Assembly (NCBI GenBank): GCA_963665125.2
Contig: CAXXUK010000002.1
Coordinates: forward strand, 352,001 to 416,000
Direction of reading: 5' to 3'
Source of the DNA: an uncultured Desulfarculus sp.
Lineage (GTDB): Bacteria; Desulfobacterota; Desulfarculia; Desulfarculales; Desulfarculaceae
DNA length: 64,000 nucleotides
Positions within the stretch are counted from its first letter, which is position 1; each line of letters begins with the position of its first letter. The notes under the pieces were generated by a model. The model searched no databases and was not told the DNA's origin. It saw nothing but the letters and a program-made list of their open reading frames with translations. This document shows, one piece after another, positions 29,950 to 38,546 of the stretch. The position numbers were made by a program, and so were the translations under genes.

Positions 29950-29987
29950 AAAAAAGAAGGGAACGGAAACCATTGGCTTCCGTTCCC
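29950..29987 (-). terminator. intrinsic terminator after the rhodanese gene
   Basis: Minus-strand GGGAACGGAA-loop-TTCCGTTCCC followed by TTCTTTTTT. Confidence 0.75.
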
Positions 29988-30015
29988 CAGTATAGACTCT
30001 AAATGTGCTTTAACG

Positions 30016-30639
30016 CTACTTCAGGGTCTTGCCGCCGCAGGTTTCGCCGCGCTGACCGCTGAACTCGCGGATGTACTTGCCGCAGTTGCGCTCGGACCAG
30101 GAGCCCTGCTTCATGTACTGGGAAATCTTGAACTCGCCGCAGAAGTAGTTCACGAAGGGGAAGCCCTTTTGGGCCCAACCGACCACGCCACCCTCGTTGA
30201 TCTTCTTGCCGTCCTGTTTGATGGAACTGACATAGTAGACGTTCTTGTAGCCGTACTTGTACAGGAAGGCCACGACGTAGGCGGCACGGTGAGCCGTGCG
30301 GCAGAAGACCATGATCTTCTGGTTGGGGTCTTTGATCTTCTTGGGAATGGTGTACATATGACCGGCGTGGATGTGGCTGCTGCCCTCGATGTGGAATGCG
30401 TCAAACTCGGGGTGGGTGCGCACGTCCAGCAGAATGGTGTCGCTCTGGCCGGCCAGAACCTTCAGCCACTCGGCATGCAGATCGTCGATGTTGATGATCT
30501 TGTCGGCCGGAATCACCGAGGTGAACTCTTTCCAGAAAGCCTTTTCGTTATCAACCAGGGGATTGTCGCCAGCAAAGGCCATGCCCGCAACACCCAGCAC
30601 AAAAATCATCGCAACAAAGAGGCTGATAGCTTTTTTCAT
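30016..30639 (-). CDS. periplasmic rhodanese-like domain protein
   Basis: Signal peptide MKKAISL..AFA, LLDVR, HIEGS, active loop FCRTAHRA, GG..GW. Confidence 0.85.
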   Translation of the reverse strand: MKKAISLFVAMIFVLGVAGMAFAGDNPLVDNEKAFWKEFTSVIPADKIINIDDLHAEWLKVLAGQSDTILLDVRTHPEFDAFHIEGSSHIHAGHMYTIPKKIKDPNQKIMVFCRTAHRAAYVVAFLYKYGYKNVYYVSSIKQDGKKINEGGVVGWAQKGFPFVNYFCGEFKISQYMKQGSWSERNCGKYIREFSGQRGETCGGKTLK

Positions 30640-30724
30640 CTCTCCACCTTCTTTCCTAGATTTCGTTAATATCCTTTTGTCTGCGCCGGTCAAACCGATG
30701 CAGGCTATCTCCATGGCTGCCTTG

Positions 30725-31168
30725 TCAGCAGCCTTCGTCTTCGATTACAATACCGCCGCCTTTTTTAGGGGCGGCCGGTTTGGGCGGGGGCGGGGGGGAG
30801 GGCGCCGAACCCTGGGAAACGGCTTCGCCGCCGGAGCCGGGCGCTGGGGCGCCGGACACCTGGACCTTGCCGGCCTTCTTGACTTGGTCGGCCACGTCGT
30901 ACATCACGCAAAGGTCATAGTAGGCCCAAGCCGTGGCCGAGGTGGGGTCGGCCGTTATGGCCAGTTTAAAATAAGATTTCGCGTCGGAGTAAAGGCCGCG
31001 GTCAAAGGCCTGGCGGCCATAACGCAGATTTTCGGCGCATAGGTTCTGGTCGGTGCAGACCTTGGGGTTGCTGACCGCCGGAGCGGTGTTTTGCTGGGCC
31101 GCCGCCGCCAGGGCCAGGCCCATGGCCAGGGCCAGAACAAGAGCCATGACAATGTGTTTGCTCTTCAT
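30725..31168 (-). CDS. secreted TPR-like protein with Pro-rich tail ending in DEGC
   Basis: Signal peptide, one TPR-like unit (GRQAFDRGLYSDAKSYFKLAITADP), low-complexity tail. Confidence 0.75.
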   Translation of the reverse strand: MKSKHIVMALVLALAMGLALAAAAQQNTAPAVSNPKVCTDQNLCAENLRYGRQAFDRGLYSDAKSYFKLAITADPTSATAWAYYDLCVMYDVADQVKKAGKVQVSGAPAPGSGGEAVSQGSAPSPPPPPKPAAPKKGGGIVIEDEGC

Positions 31169-31492
31169 ATAATCCCTCGGTTTAGCTCGTCCCTCCGGTA
31201 GTTTTGGCAAACCACGCCGCCGGACGGAGGTTGTTTGGTGGTCGCCGGAAACTTGCGGCCAGTATAACAAGGGCGGAACTTAAACACAACGGACAAAAAA
31301 CACCTTTTTAATCAGTATGTTGCCCTGGGGTTAGGTATGGATTTCCGGTTCGGCGCCGCTTGTTTTACATACGCATGATATATCACCGGCCAGCATTGCC
31401 GGGAATAAAAAGTTATCGAGTCCTATTATTGATATTGGTGATCATCGCCTGATTCCCGGCAAATGCACAAACGGTCGGGAGTGAGCTTGGGA

Positions 31493-32263
31493 TTAAATCC
31501 CCGAGTCCCTCGCTCTTTGCAACCTGGCGATTTCATTTACAAGGTTGCTGAGGCGGCCCTTGATCTCGGCGTCCAGGTCCACAAAGTGCAGAGCCGTGAC
31601 GACCGGACCCCGCTTTGTGGCGGCTTTTTCGTCGGTGCGGACGACCTTGCATCTCATTTCCAGCAACATGCCGTTGCTCACAAGCTCGATATCAATGGAT
31701 TGGCCGTGCTCCAGGTGCAGATTTGAAGGATGTGTCACTCTGGCTCCGCCCACCGACAGGTCCAATACGGGCAACTCTGTGCCTCCACCGGACACACGCA
31801 GTTGCAACGGCACCTCCGAGGCGGGCTCCACGCGGTAATGAAGGCGCAAAGTTGTCGGGGTCAGCCGGGTGGGCTGCATGACCACCAGGATGTTGTCCCT
31901 GAACCCGCCTTGCATGTCATAGTCTTCGATTATCTTCAATAATTTTGTTTTATATCCGACTCGAAGGTGGTGGCCCGGTTTGTCCGGGTCGGTGATGAGA
32001 AAGGTGAGTTCGATGCCTTGACCCACCACCCGCTGCATGACTGGCGGCGAGGTCTGGGCCAGGATAAGCAGGCCCTTGGGGGTGATGTCGTGGAGCATGC
32101 TGGAACGCACATCGATCAGGTCGCTGACCAGATCGGTGCTCATGGCGATGTTTACCTCGCGGCCGGGGCGCAGTGCCGCTTTGAGCAGCTCCTTTTGGGG
32201 ATCCTGCTTGGGCTTCGGTTCGGGCGGCGTCTTAGTGCCGTTTTTCTTACGTGTAAAGATCAC
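31493..32263 (-). CDS. PilZ domain-containing protein
   Basis: RLHYR (RxxxR) and DLSVGG (DxSxxG) c-di-GMP-binding motifs. Confidence 0.85.
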   Translation of the reverse strand: MIFTRKKNGTKTPPEPKPKQDPQKELLKAALRPGREVNIAMSTDLVSDLIDVRSSMLHDITPKGLLILAQTSPPVMQRVVGQGIELTFLITDPDKPGHHLRVGYKTKLLKIIEDYDMQGGFRDNILVVMQPTRLTPTTLRLHYRVEPASEVPLQLRVSGGGTELPVLDLSVGGARVTHPSNLHLEHGQSIDIELVSNGMLLEMRCKVVRTDEKAATKRGPVVTALHFVDLDAEIKGRLSNLVNEIARLQRARDSGI

Positions 32264-32365
32264 GTCGGCAGTCTTAACTCGGCTCTACCACCTCTTGACA
32301 GAGCCGCCAACAAGCCCCACTATATTGCGAAGTAAAAACCCGGATGCCATACAGGGGCTCAGATA

Positions 32366-32650
32366 ATGAAATTTATTGTTAATCTGCTTTTGTTCGTAGA
32401 CTATATCCTTACAATCTATATGTTTATAGTCGTTGCGGCCGCATTGATCACCTGGGTGCAGCCAAACCCTTATAATCCTATTGTAAGATTCCTTTTCCAG
32501 GTTACGGAACCTGTTTATGCCCGGATCAGGAGATTCATCCCGACCAACTTCGGCGGCTTTGATGTCGCCCCCATGATTCTGATCTTTGCAATTATATTTA
32601 TCCAGCGAGTCGGAATCACTAGTCTGATCCAGATGCTTAGCGGCAATTAG
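32366..32650 (+). CDS. yggT: YggT family membrane protein
   Basis: WVQPNPYNPIVRFL..VTEP...IRR..P...GFD motif. Confidence 0.9.
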   Translation: MKFIVNLLLFVDYILTIYMFIVVAAALITWVQPNPYNPIVRFLFQVTEPVYARIRRFIPTNFGGFDVAPMILIFAIIFIQRVGITSLIQMLSGN

Positions 32651-32653
32651 GGA

Positions 32654-33115
32654 CTAGCTGGAAAAACACACCTCCACCGCAAAGTCGCCGCTGTCTGTGC
32701 TGAAGGGTATGGCTATCACCGGCCCTTTGGTCATATGTTTGATGGTGTGGCCCTTGCCGGTGATCACCGACGGAATCGCGGCCTTGAGCATTATGTTTTT
32801 TTCCGACAGCTCGCGCCGCGCGTCACCGGAAATCATGTTGGTGATCTCGCCCACGGCGTCTTCGACCTCATGATTGACGCTGGTGATGGATTCGCCGAAC
32901 ATGTTGCTGACGATGTTGCAGATGCATGATTCGGTGAATGAAACCGAGAGCGATCCTTCGGATTCACCCGTGATGCCGATTACCGCCGATACGTCGCCAG
33001 TGGCTTGGGTGTCCTTTTTGACAAACGGCTTGCCCGGTTTGACGTCCGTGAAAGCCATGGTCTTGATGACATTGACGGTGGCGGTAAGAAAAGGGTTAAT
33101 CAATTCGACGTTCAT
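32654..33115 (-). CDS. cheX: chemotaxis phosphatase CheX
   Basis: INPFL, DVSAVIGITG, DAVGEITNMISG, PSVI motifs. Confidence 0.92.
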   Translation of the reverse strand: MNVELINPFLTATVNVIKTMAFTDVKPGKPFVKKDTQATGDVSAVIGITGESEGSLSVSFTESCICNIVSNMFGESITSVNHEVEDAVGEITNMISGDARRELSEKNIMLKAAIPSVITGKGHTIKHMTKGPVIAIPFSTDSGDFAVEVCFSS

Positions 33116-33231
33116 CGGTATCATCCAAATAATTAAGCTTTTATGACCTGATGGTGGTTCAAAGAAACTATCATCTCCTCTCGATTTAACCATTTGCCAA
33201 GGTGTAGTGCAAGCCTTTGGAGAGATACAAC

Positions 33232-33795
33232 GTGAATACGGACAATAAATGGAGTTTGGTTTCCGGCCAAAGCGTTTTCGACCACCCTGTGCTGAATGTG
33301 AAATATGACCTGTTCAGACGCGGAGACGGCAGGGAAAAGAATTTTGTGACCCTGGAAAGTCCGGACTGGGTCAATGTCGTGCCCATCACCGCCGACGGCC
33401 AGGTTGTGCTGATTCGCCAATACCGTTTCGGCGTCGACGATTACACCCTGGAGATCCCCGGAGGTTTGGTGGACCCCGGCGAGGAGCCCATCGCGGCCGG
33501 AGCCAGGGAACTGTTGGAAGAGACCGGCTATGCCTCGCCCGGCCTGGTGCCCATCGGCAAGGTGAGCCCCAATCCGGCGCTTTTCACCAATACATGCCAT
33601 ACATTTCTGGCCCCCGACGCCCGGCTCAACGGCAGGCAGCGTTTGGACGACGACGAAAATATCGAGGTGATAACCCGACCGGCCTCGGACCTGCCGGGCC
33701 TGGTGTCCTCGGGCGCCATCGACCATTGCCTGGTAGTGGCCGCATTGACCTTTTATTGGCTGCACCAGGGCAGCGTGGGCCTTGCCCCGGCCTGA
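33232..33795 (+). CDS. NUDIX hydrolase (ADP-ribose pyrophosphatase-like)
   Basis: RQYR, EIPGG, Nudix box GLVDPGE...ARELLEETGY. Confidence 0.9.
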   Translation: MNTDNKWSLVSGQSVFDHPVLNVKYDLFRRGDGREKNFVTLESPDWVNVVPITADGQVVLIRQYRFGVDDYTLEIPGGLVDPGEEPIAAGARELLEETGYASPGLVPIGKVSPNPALFTNTCHTFLAPDARLNGRQRLDDDENIEVITRPASDLPGLVSSGAIDHCLVVAALTFYWLHQGSVGLAPA

Positions 33796-33848
33796 CAATT
33801 GGGGGTATTGTGTGCTAGCCCGCCACGGGCGCTGGAAAGGATGCGTTA

Positions 33849-35249
33849 ATGGTTGACCAGAGCCTTTTGGCCCGCCTGCCCAAGGTGGACCAGCTTATGA
33901 ACCGGGATGATCTGCTGGAGTTGATCTCCTGCGTGCCCCGGCAGTTGGTGTTAAAGGCAGTGCGCCAGGCAATAGATGAATTGCGCCAGGCCATTATGGA
34001 AGGGGTGGAATTGCCCTTGGCCCGGCTTTCCGACCAGGCCGTGGCCCTGCGCGCCGCCGAACTGGCCCGGCAACTGGCCCAACCCAGTCTGCGCTCGCTG
34101 GTAAACGCCACCGGCGTGGTGGTGCACACCAATCTGGGCCGCTCGCTGCTGCCCGAGGCCGCGCTGAAACGCCTGATCGATCTGAACCGGACGTACACGA
34201 ACCTGGAATACAACCTGGAAAAGGGCGCCCGGGGCAGCCGCTACGACCACGTGGCCGAGATTCTCCAGGAAATCACCGGCGCCGAGGCCGCCCTGGTGGT
34301 CAACAACAACGCCGCCGCGGTGTTTTTGGCCCTGCAAACCCTGGCCCAGGGCCGGGAGGTCATCGTCAGCCGGGGCCAATTGGTGGAGATCGGCGGCAGC
34401 TTCCGCATCCCCGAGGTCATGGCCCGTAGCGGGGCCATCCTGCACGAGGTGGGCTCCACCAACAAGACCCACCTGCATGACTATGAAAACGCCATCAACG
34501 ATCAAACGGCAATGCTTTTAAAGGTCCACACCTCAAACTTCGCCGTGGTCGGTTTCCACTCCGCGGTGCCCATACCCGAACTGGCCGAATTGGGCAAAAA
34601 ATACGGCCTGCCGGTGATGGACGACCTGGGCTCGGGCTGCTTCATGGATCTGAGCATATTCGGGCTGCCCAAGGAGCCCACCGCCCAGGAGGCCCTGCAC
34701 CAGGGGGCCGATCTGGTCACTTTCAGCGGCGACAAGCTGCTGGGCGGGCCCCAGGCCGGAATCATCCTGGGCCGGGCTGACCTGGTGGAGCGGCTGCGCA
34801 AAAACGCCATGAACCGGGCCCTGCGCATCGATAAATTGACCCTGGCCGCCCTGGAGGCCACCCTGGAGCTTTACCGCGACTCGGCAAAGGCCATCCAACA
34901 GATACCCACCCTGCACATGCTTTCGCTGGGCTACAAGACCTTGGCTGGCCGGGCCGCGCGGCTGGCCGGACAGCTTAACGGCATGGGGCTCGAACGCCTT
35001 AAAGTGACCACTCGAAGAGGCATCAGCAAGGTGGGCGGCGGGGCGTTGCCCTTGGCCGAACCGGCCACGCGGCTGTTGGATATCAGTATCGACGGCCTCA
35101 GCCCCACGGCCCTGGAAGCGGCCCTGCGAAGCTGGAGCAAGCCGGTGATCTGCCGCCTGGAGGACGGACACCTGCTGATGGACGTGCGCACCCTGTTGCC
35201 CGGTGACGGCTCGGTGATTGCCGAGGCCCTGACTTTTTTGGCCAGTTGA
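33849..35249 (+). CDS. selA: L-seryl-tRNA(Sec) selenium transferase
   Basis: NATGVVVHTNLGRS, VNNNAAA, EIGGSFRIP, KVHTSNF, FSGDKLLGGPQAG. Confidence 0.96.
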   Translation: MVDQSLLARLPKVDQLMNRDDLLELISCVPRQLVLKAVRQAIDELRQAIMEGVELPLARLSDQAVALRAAELARQLAQPSLRSLVNATGVVVHTNLGRSLLPEAALKRLIDLNRTYTNLEYNLEKGARGSRYDHVAEILQEITGAEAALVVNNNAAAVFLALQTLAQGREVIVSRGQLVEIGGSFRIPEVMARSGAILHEVGSTNKTHLHDYENAINDQTAMLLKVHTSNFAVVGFHSAVPIPELAELGKKYGLPVMDDLGSGCFMDLSIFGLPKEPTAQEALHQGADLVTFSGDKLLGGPQAGIILGRADLVERLRKNAMNRALRIDKLTLAALEATLELYRDSAKAIQQIPTLHMLSLGYKTLAGRAARLAGQLNGMGLERLKVTTRRGISKVGGGALPLAEPATRLLDISIDGLSPTALEAALRSWSKPVICRLEDGHLLMDVRTLLPGDGSVIAEALTFLAS

Positions 35250-35264
35250 ATCGGAGAATAGACT

Positions 35265-37784
35265 TTGGCTGCTCCCCTCCGGCCCGGACCGCAATTGGAC
35301 CAAACAACCCTTGAACGCTACGCCGAAACGCTCAAACCGCCGTTCCGGCGGGCCCTGGGAAGCGGCAGGGTCGATATTCTGCCTCCGCCCGAAGGCGCGG
35401 ACGCCGCCGATCCCTTGGCGGGAGCCGTGGCCCGGGGCCGGGCCCTGTTCGACGAGGCCGGAGGGCGGCTGCTGATTCCGCTTATCAGCAACGGGCGCTG
35501 CCTGGCCATCCTGGCCGTCCACGATGTAAAGGCCGACAGCCTGACCCCGGCGGTGGGGCCGTTTCTGGCCTCCCTGGTGGAGACGGCCCTGGAAAACGTG
35601 CGCCTGCGCCTGGCCGCCGACGTGGACCCGGTCAGCGGCCTGTTCAACGAAGCCGTCCTGGATCAAAACCTGACCACCGCCGTTAGCCGCCTGCAACCGG
35701 CGGCCCGCCGGGGCCGCCCGGCCATGGAGACCGGCCCGGTCCACCGCCTGGGCCTGGCCCTGGTGGAGATCGATACGCTATACGCCCTGCGGGAACGCCA
35801 CGGACGGGCCCTGGCCGACCAGGCCATGGCCTTGGTGGCTTCCCAATTGCAGCGCCAGATGCCCGAGGCCCTTTGCCTGGCCCGGCTGGGCGGCTCCTTG
35901 GCCGTGTGCTGGGAAGACAGTTCTGGCAATCCCCGCCGCACCGCCGCCGCCCTGCTCAAGGGCCTGGCCGATATAACCCTGCAAGCTCCCCAAGGTTCGC
36001 TGTGGCGGGTCAACCTGCTGATGGGCGCGGCCTTCATGGGGCCCGAGGACTGCCGGGGACTGGCCGCCGACGCCGCGGCCGTACTCAAGGCCAGGGCTCT
36101 GCGGGCCTTGGCGGCGGCCCGCCGGACCGGTCCCGGCCAGCTCACGGCCTATGCGGATATCGCCAGGGGCCTGGGCCGGGTGGTTCGCTCCCTGCCCCTG
36201 GGCCGGGTGCTGTTGAACATCGGCCGGGCCGACGGCGTGCTCATGGGCCAGCGCTTCCAGGCCACGGCCGAGGACGGCAGGGGCGTGGCCGAGGTCGTCG
36301 TGCTGGAAACAGCCGAGGACGAATCAACGGCCCTGGTGCAAACCGTGGCCGACCCGGCCCGTCCGCCCAGACCCGGCGACGGTTTGGTGATGTTGGACCC
36401 TGCTGCCGGAGCCGAGGCGGCCGAGGCCCAGGATGGCCCGGTGCGCGAGGTGGCCGTCGGCTCCCAGAGGTTCGAGGCGGCCGTGGACGAGGAGACCGGC
36501 CTGATCACCCGTCTTTCCCTGGCCCAGGTTTTGGACAAGCTCTGCGCCATGGACGAGCCCATGGCCGGGGTGCTGGTGCGCATCGAAGGCCTGGAGGGCC
36601 TGCGCCAGACCAGTGGTCGGGTTGGAGCCGAGGCCCTGATGGGCTCCCTGGCGGCGGAGGCGGCCAAGCTCTTTCCGCCCCAGGCCATATTGGGACGCCA
36701 CAGCCCGGACACCATGGCCGTATTTATCCCCGGCGCGGCGGCGGACGAGGCCGCCGAACTGGCGGCGGGCCTGTTGCAGACCATGGCCGGGCGCACCGAA
36801 CGGCCCGTGCGGGCCGGGGCAGCGGCTCATCCCTGTCCGGGCTGGCAGCCGGATCATGTCCTGGACAATGCGGCCAAGGCCCTGATCCATGCCGGATTCC
36901 TGGAGCCCTTCAACGCGGTGGCCTTTGACGCGGTGAGCCTCAACATCAGCGGTGACGTGTTGTTTGGCCAGGGCCTGATCAACGAGGCCGTGGCCGAATA
37001 TGAAAAGGCCCTACTGTTGAACGACGCCGAACCCAATGTGCATAATTCCCTGGGCGTGTGCTATGCCCAGATGGGCCAGATGGACCGGGCCATGAAACAC
37101 TTCAACCTGGCGGCCAAGGCCGCGCCGGATGATTTCATGGCCCACTTCAACATGGGCTGCGCCCTGGCCGCGGCGGGCCGGGACCAGGAAGCCGCCGACA
37201 GCCTGGTGCGCAGCCTGGAGTTGCAGCCGGACCACGGCGACAGCCTGTTGCAGCTTGGCCTGCTGGCCAAAGGCCGGGGCGATATCGCCGGGGCCTCCGA
37301 CTATTTGGGCCGGGCCGCCAAGTCCGGGGATTGCCGGGACGGGGTCCACCGCCATCTGGGCGAAGTGTTGCTGGCCCGGGGCCGTTTGGCCGAGGCCGAG
37401 GAGGCCTTCAACCTGGCCGTGAAGCACCAGCCCAGGGAGGCCGCCGGTCTGGCCGGTCTGGCCGGATTGTATCTGGAGCGGGGTGCCAACCTGGAAATCG
37501 CCCTGAGCCTGGCCCAGCGGGCCGCGGCCCTGGAGCCGGAACAGGCCAGGCATGTCCTGTTGGCCGCCGACATCCTGGAGGCCCAGGGCCGCCCGGCCGA
37601 GACGGCCGACCTGCTCAAGGACTTGGCCGAAGGCAAGCCCGATGACGCCTATATCCAGTTGCGCATCGGCAAGCTGCGCCTGATCCACGGCGATGCCGAC
37701 GCGGCCCGCCGCCACTTCACCAAGGCCCTGGAGCTGGACTCGGGCCTGGGCGAGGCCCGCCAGGCCCTGGCCGGTCTGGACTGA
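35265..37784 (+). CDS. TPR-repeat protein with two degenerate GGDEF-like domains
   Basis: DPVSGLFN and DEETGLIT domain starts without GG(D/E)EF; multiple C-terminal TPRs. Confidence 0.75.
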   Translation: MAAPLRPGPQLDQTTLERYAETLKPPFRRALGSGRVDILPPPEGADAADPLAGAVARGRALFDEAGGRLLIPLISNGRCLAILAVHDVKADSLTPAVGPFLASLVETALENVRLRLAADVDPVSGLFNEAVLDQNLTTAVSRLQPAARRGRPAMETGPVHRLGLALVEIDTLYALRERHGRALADQAMALVASQLQRQMPEALCLARLGGSLAVCWEDSSGNPRRTAAALLKGLADITLQAPQGSLWRVNLLMGAAFMGPEDCRGLAADAAAVLKARALRALAAARRTGPGQLTAYADIARGLGRVVRSLPLGRVLLNIGRADGVLMGQRFQATAEDGRGVAEVVVLETAEDESTALVQTVADPARPPRPGDGLVMLDPAAGAEAAEAQDGPVREVAVGSQRFEAAVDEETGLITRLSLAQVLDKLCAMDEPMAGVLVRIEGLEGLRQTSGRVGAEALMGSLAAEAAKLFPPQAILGRHSPDTMAVFIPGAAADEAAELAAGLLQTMAGRTERPVRAGAAAHPCPGWQPDHVLDNAAKALIHAGFLEPFNAVAFDAVSLNISGDVLFGQGLINEAVAEYEKALLLNDAEPNVHNSLGVCYAQMGQMDRAMKHFNLAAKAAPDDFMAHFNMGCALAAAGRDQEAADSLVRSLELQPDHGDSLLQLGLLAKGRGDIAGASDYLGRAAKSGDCRDGVHRHLGEVLLARGRLAEAEEAFNLAVKHQPREAAGLAGLAGLYLERGANLEIALSLAQRAAALEPEQARHVLLAADILEAQGRPAETADLLKDLAEGKPDDAYIQLRIGKLRLIHGDADAARRHFTKALELDSGLGEARQALAGLD

Positions 37785-38485
37785 TGCCCGCCGCTTTCCA
37801 GCGCCTGCGCCTGGGAACCTGCGTGTGCTATCTGTTACCCGCCGACAACGGCTGGGTGCTTGTGGACGCGGGCAACCGGGGCCAGGTGAACAACTTTGCC
37901 CGCAAGCTGGGCCGCCTGGGGATCAACCCGGCCGACATCCGCCTCATCGTATTGACCCACACCCACTTTGATCATGTTGGCTCCCTGGCCGCGATCAAGG
38001 AGCTTTGCGGCTGTCCGGTGGCCGTGCATGCCGCCGAGGTCCAAAGGCTGGCCCAGGGCCGGGCCGACATCCCGCCGGGCAACCGGGCCTGGAGCAGGTT
38101 TCTGGTGAGCCGGGCCCATCTTCTGCAACCCCGCTGGCCCAGGTTCCGGGCCGTGGAGCCCGAGGTGATAATCAACGGCGATACGGATCTCGCGGACTGG
38201 GGCCTGGAGGCGAGGGTGATCCATACGCCGGGGCACACCTCCGGATCGCTTAGCGTGCTCACCCCGGACGGCGACGCCTTTGTGGGCGACCTCTGCGTTT
38301 ACCATCCGCCGTTCACCGGTCGCCATGTCCTGCCGCCCTTTGCCGAAGAAACGCCTATTATCCCGCAATCATGGCAAAAATTGCTTCAAGCCGGGGCCAG
38401 GGCCATCCATCCGGCCCATCTCCGGTCGTTTCCCGCCACGCGCCTGGCCAGGGAGGTCGGGCCGATAATGACCGAGCCTCATTGA
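37784..38485 (+). CDS. MBL-fold metallo-hydrolase
   Basis: LVDAG, THTHFDHVG, TPGHTSGS, GD, PAH. Confidence 0.9.
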   Translation: MPAAFQRLRLGTCVCYLLPADNGWVLVDAGNRGQVNNFARKLGRLGINPADIRLIVLTHTHFDHVGSLAAIKELCGCPVAVHAAEVQRLAQGRADIPPGNRAWSRFLVSRAHLLQPRWPRFRAVEPEVIINGDTDLADWGLEARVIHTPGHTSGSLSVLTPDGDAFVGDLCVYHPPFTGRHVLPPFAEETPIIPQSWQKLLQAGARAIHPAHLRSFPATRLAREVGPIMTEPH

Positions 38486-38494
38486 AAAACCAGC

Positions 38495-38539
38495 ACACAT
38501 GTAAAGTCAATTGACAAGACAATGAGCGCCCGGTACTTT
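38495..38539 (+). promoter_or_regulatory. sigma70 promoter of nadBCA with overlapping putative NiaR operator
   Basis: TTGACA 38511-38516, 17 nt, TACTTT 38534-38539; imperfect TGT-N4-ACA-type boxes (TGTAAAGTCA, TGACAAGACA) overlap the -35. Confidence 0.6.
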
Positions 38540-38546
38540 TCCGAAC

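Noticed and set aside
30655..30727. Possible selenocysteine readthrough of GGC TGC TGA with a weak downstream hairpin (selA is in the window)
   Set aside because: Hairpin is imperfect and the extension looks non-protein-like; would need homologs with Cys at this position
31396..31462. 11-bp inverted repeat TTGCCGGGAAT/ATTCCCGGCAA
   Set aside because: Isolated, with no target duplication or second copy; could be a terminator or chance
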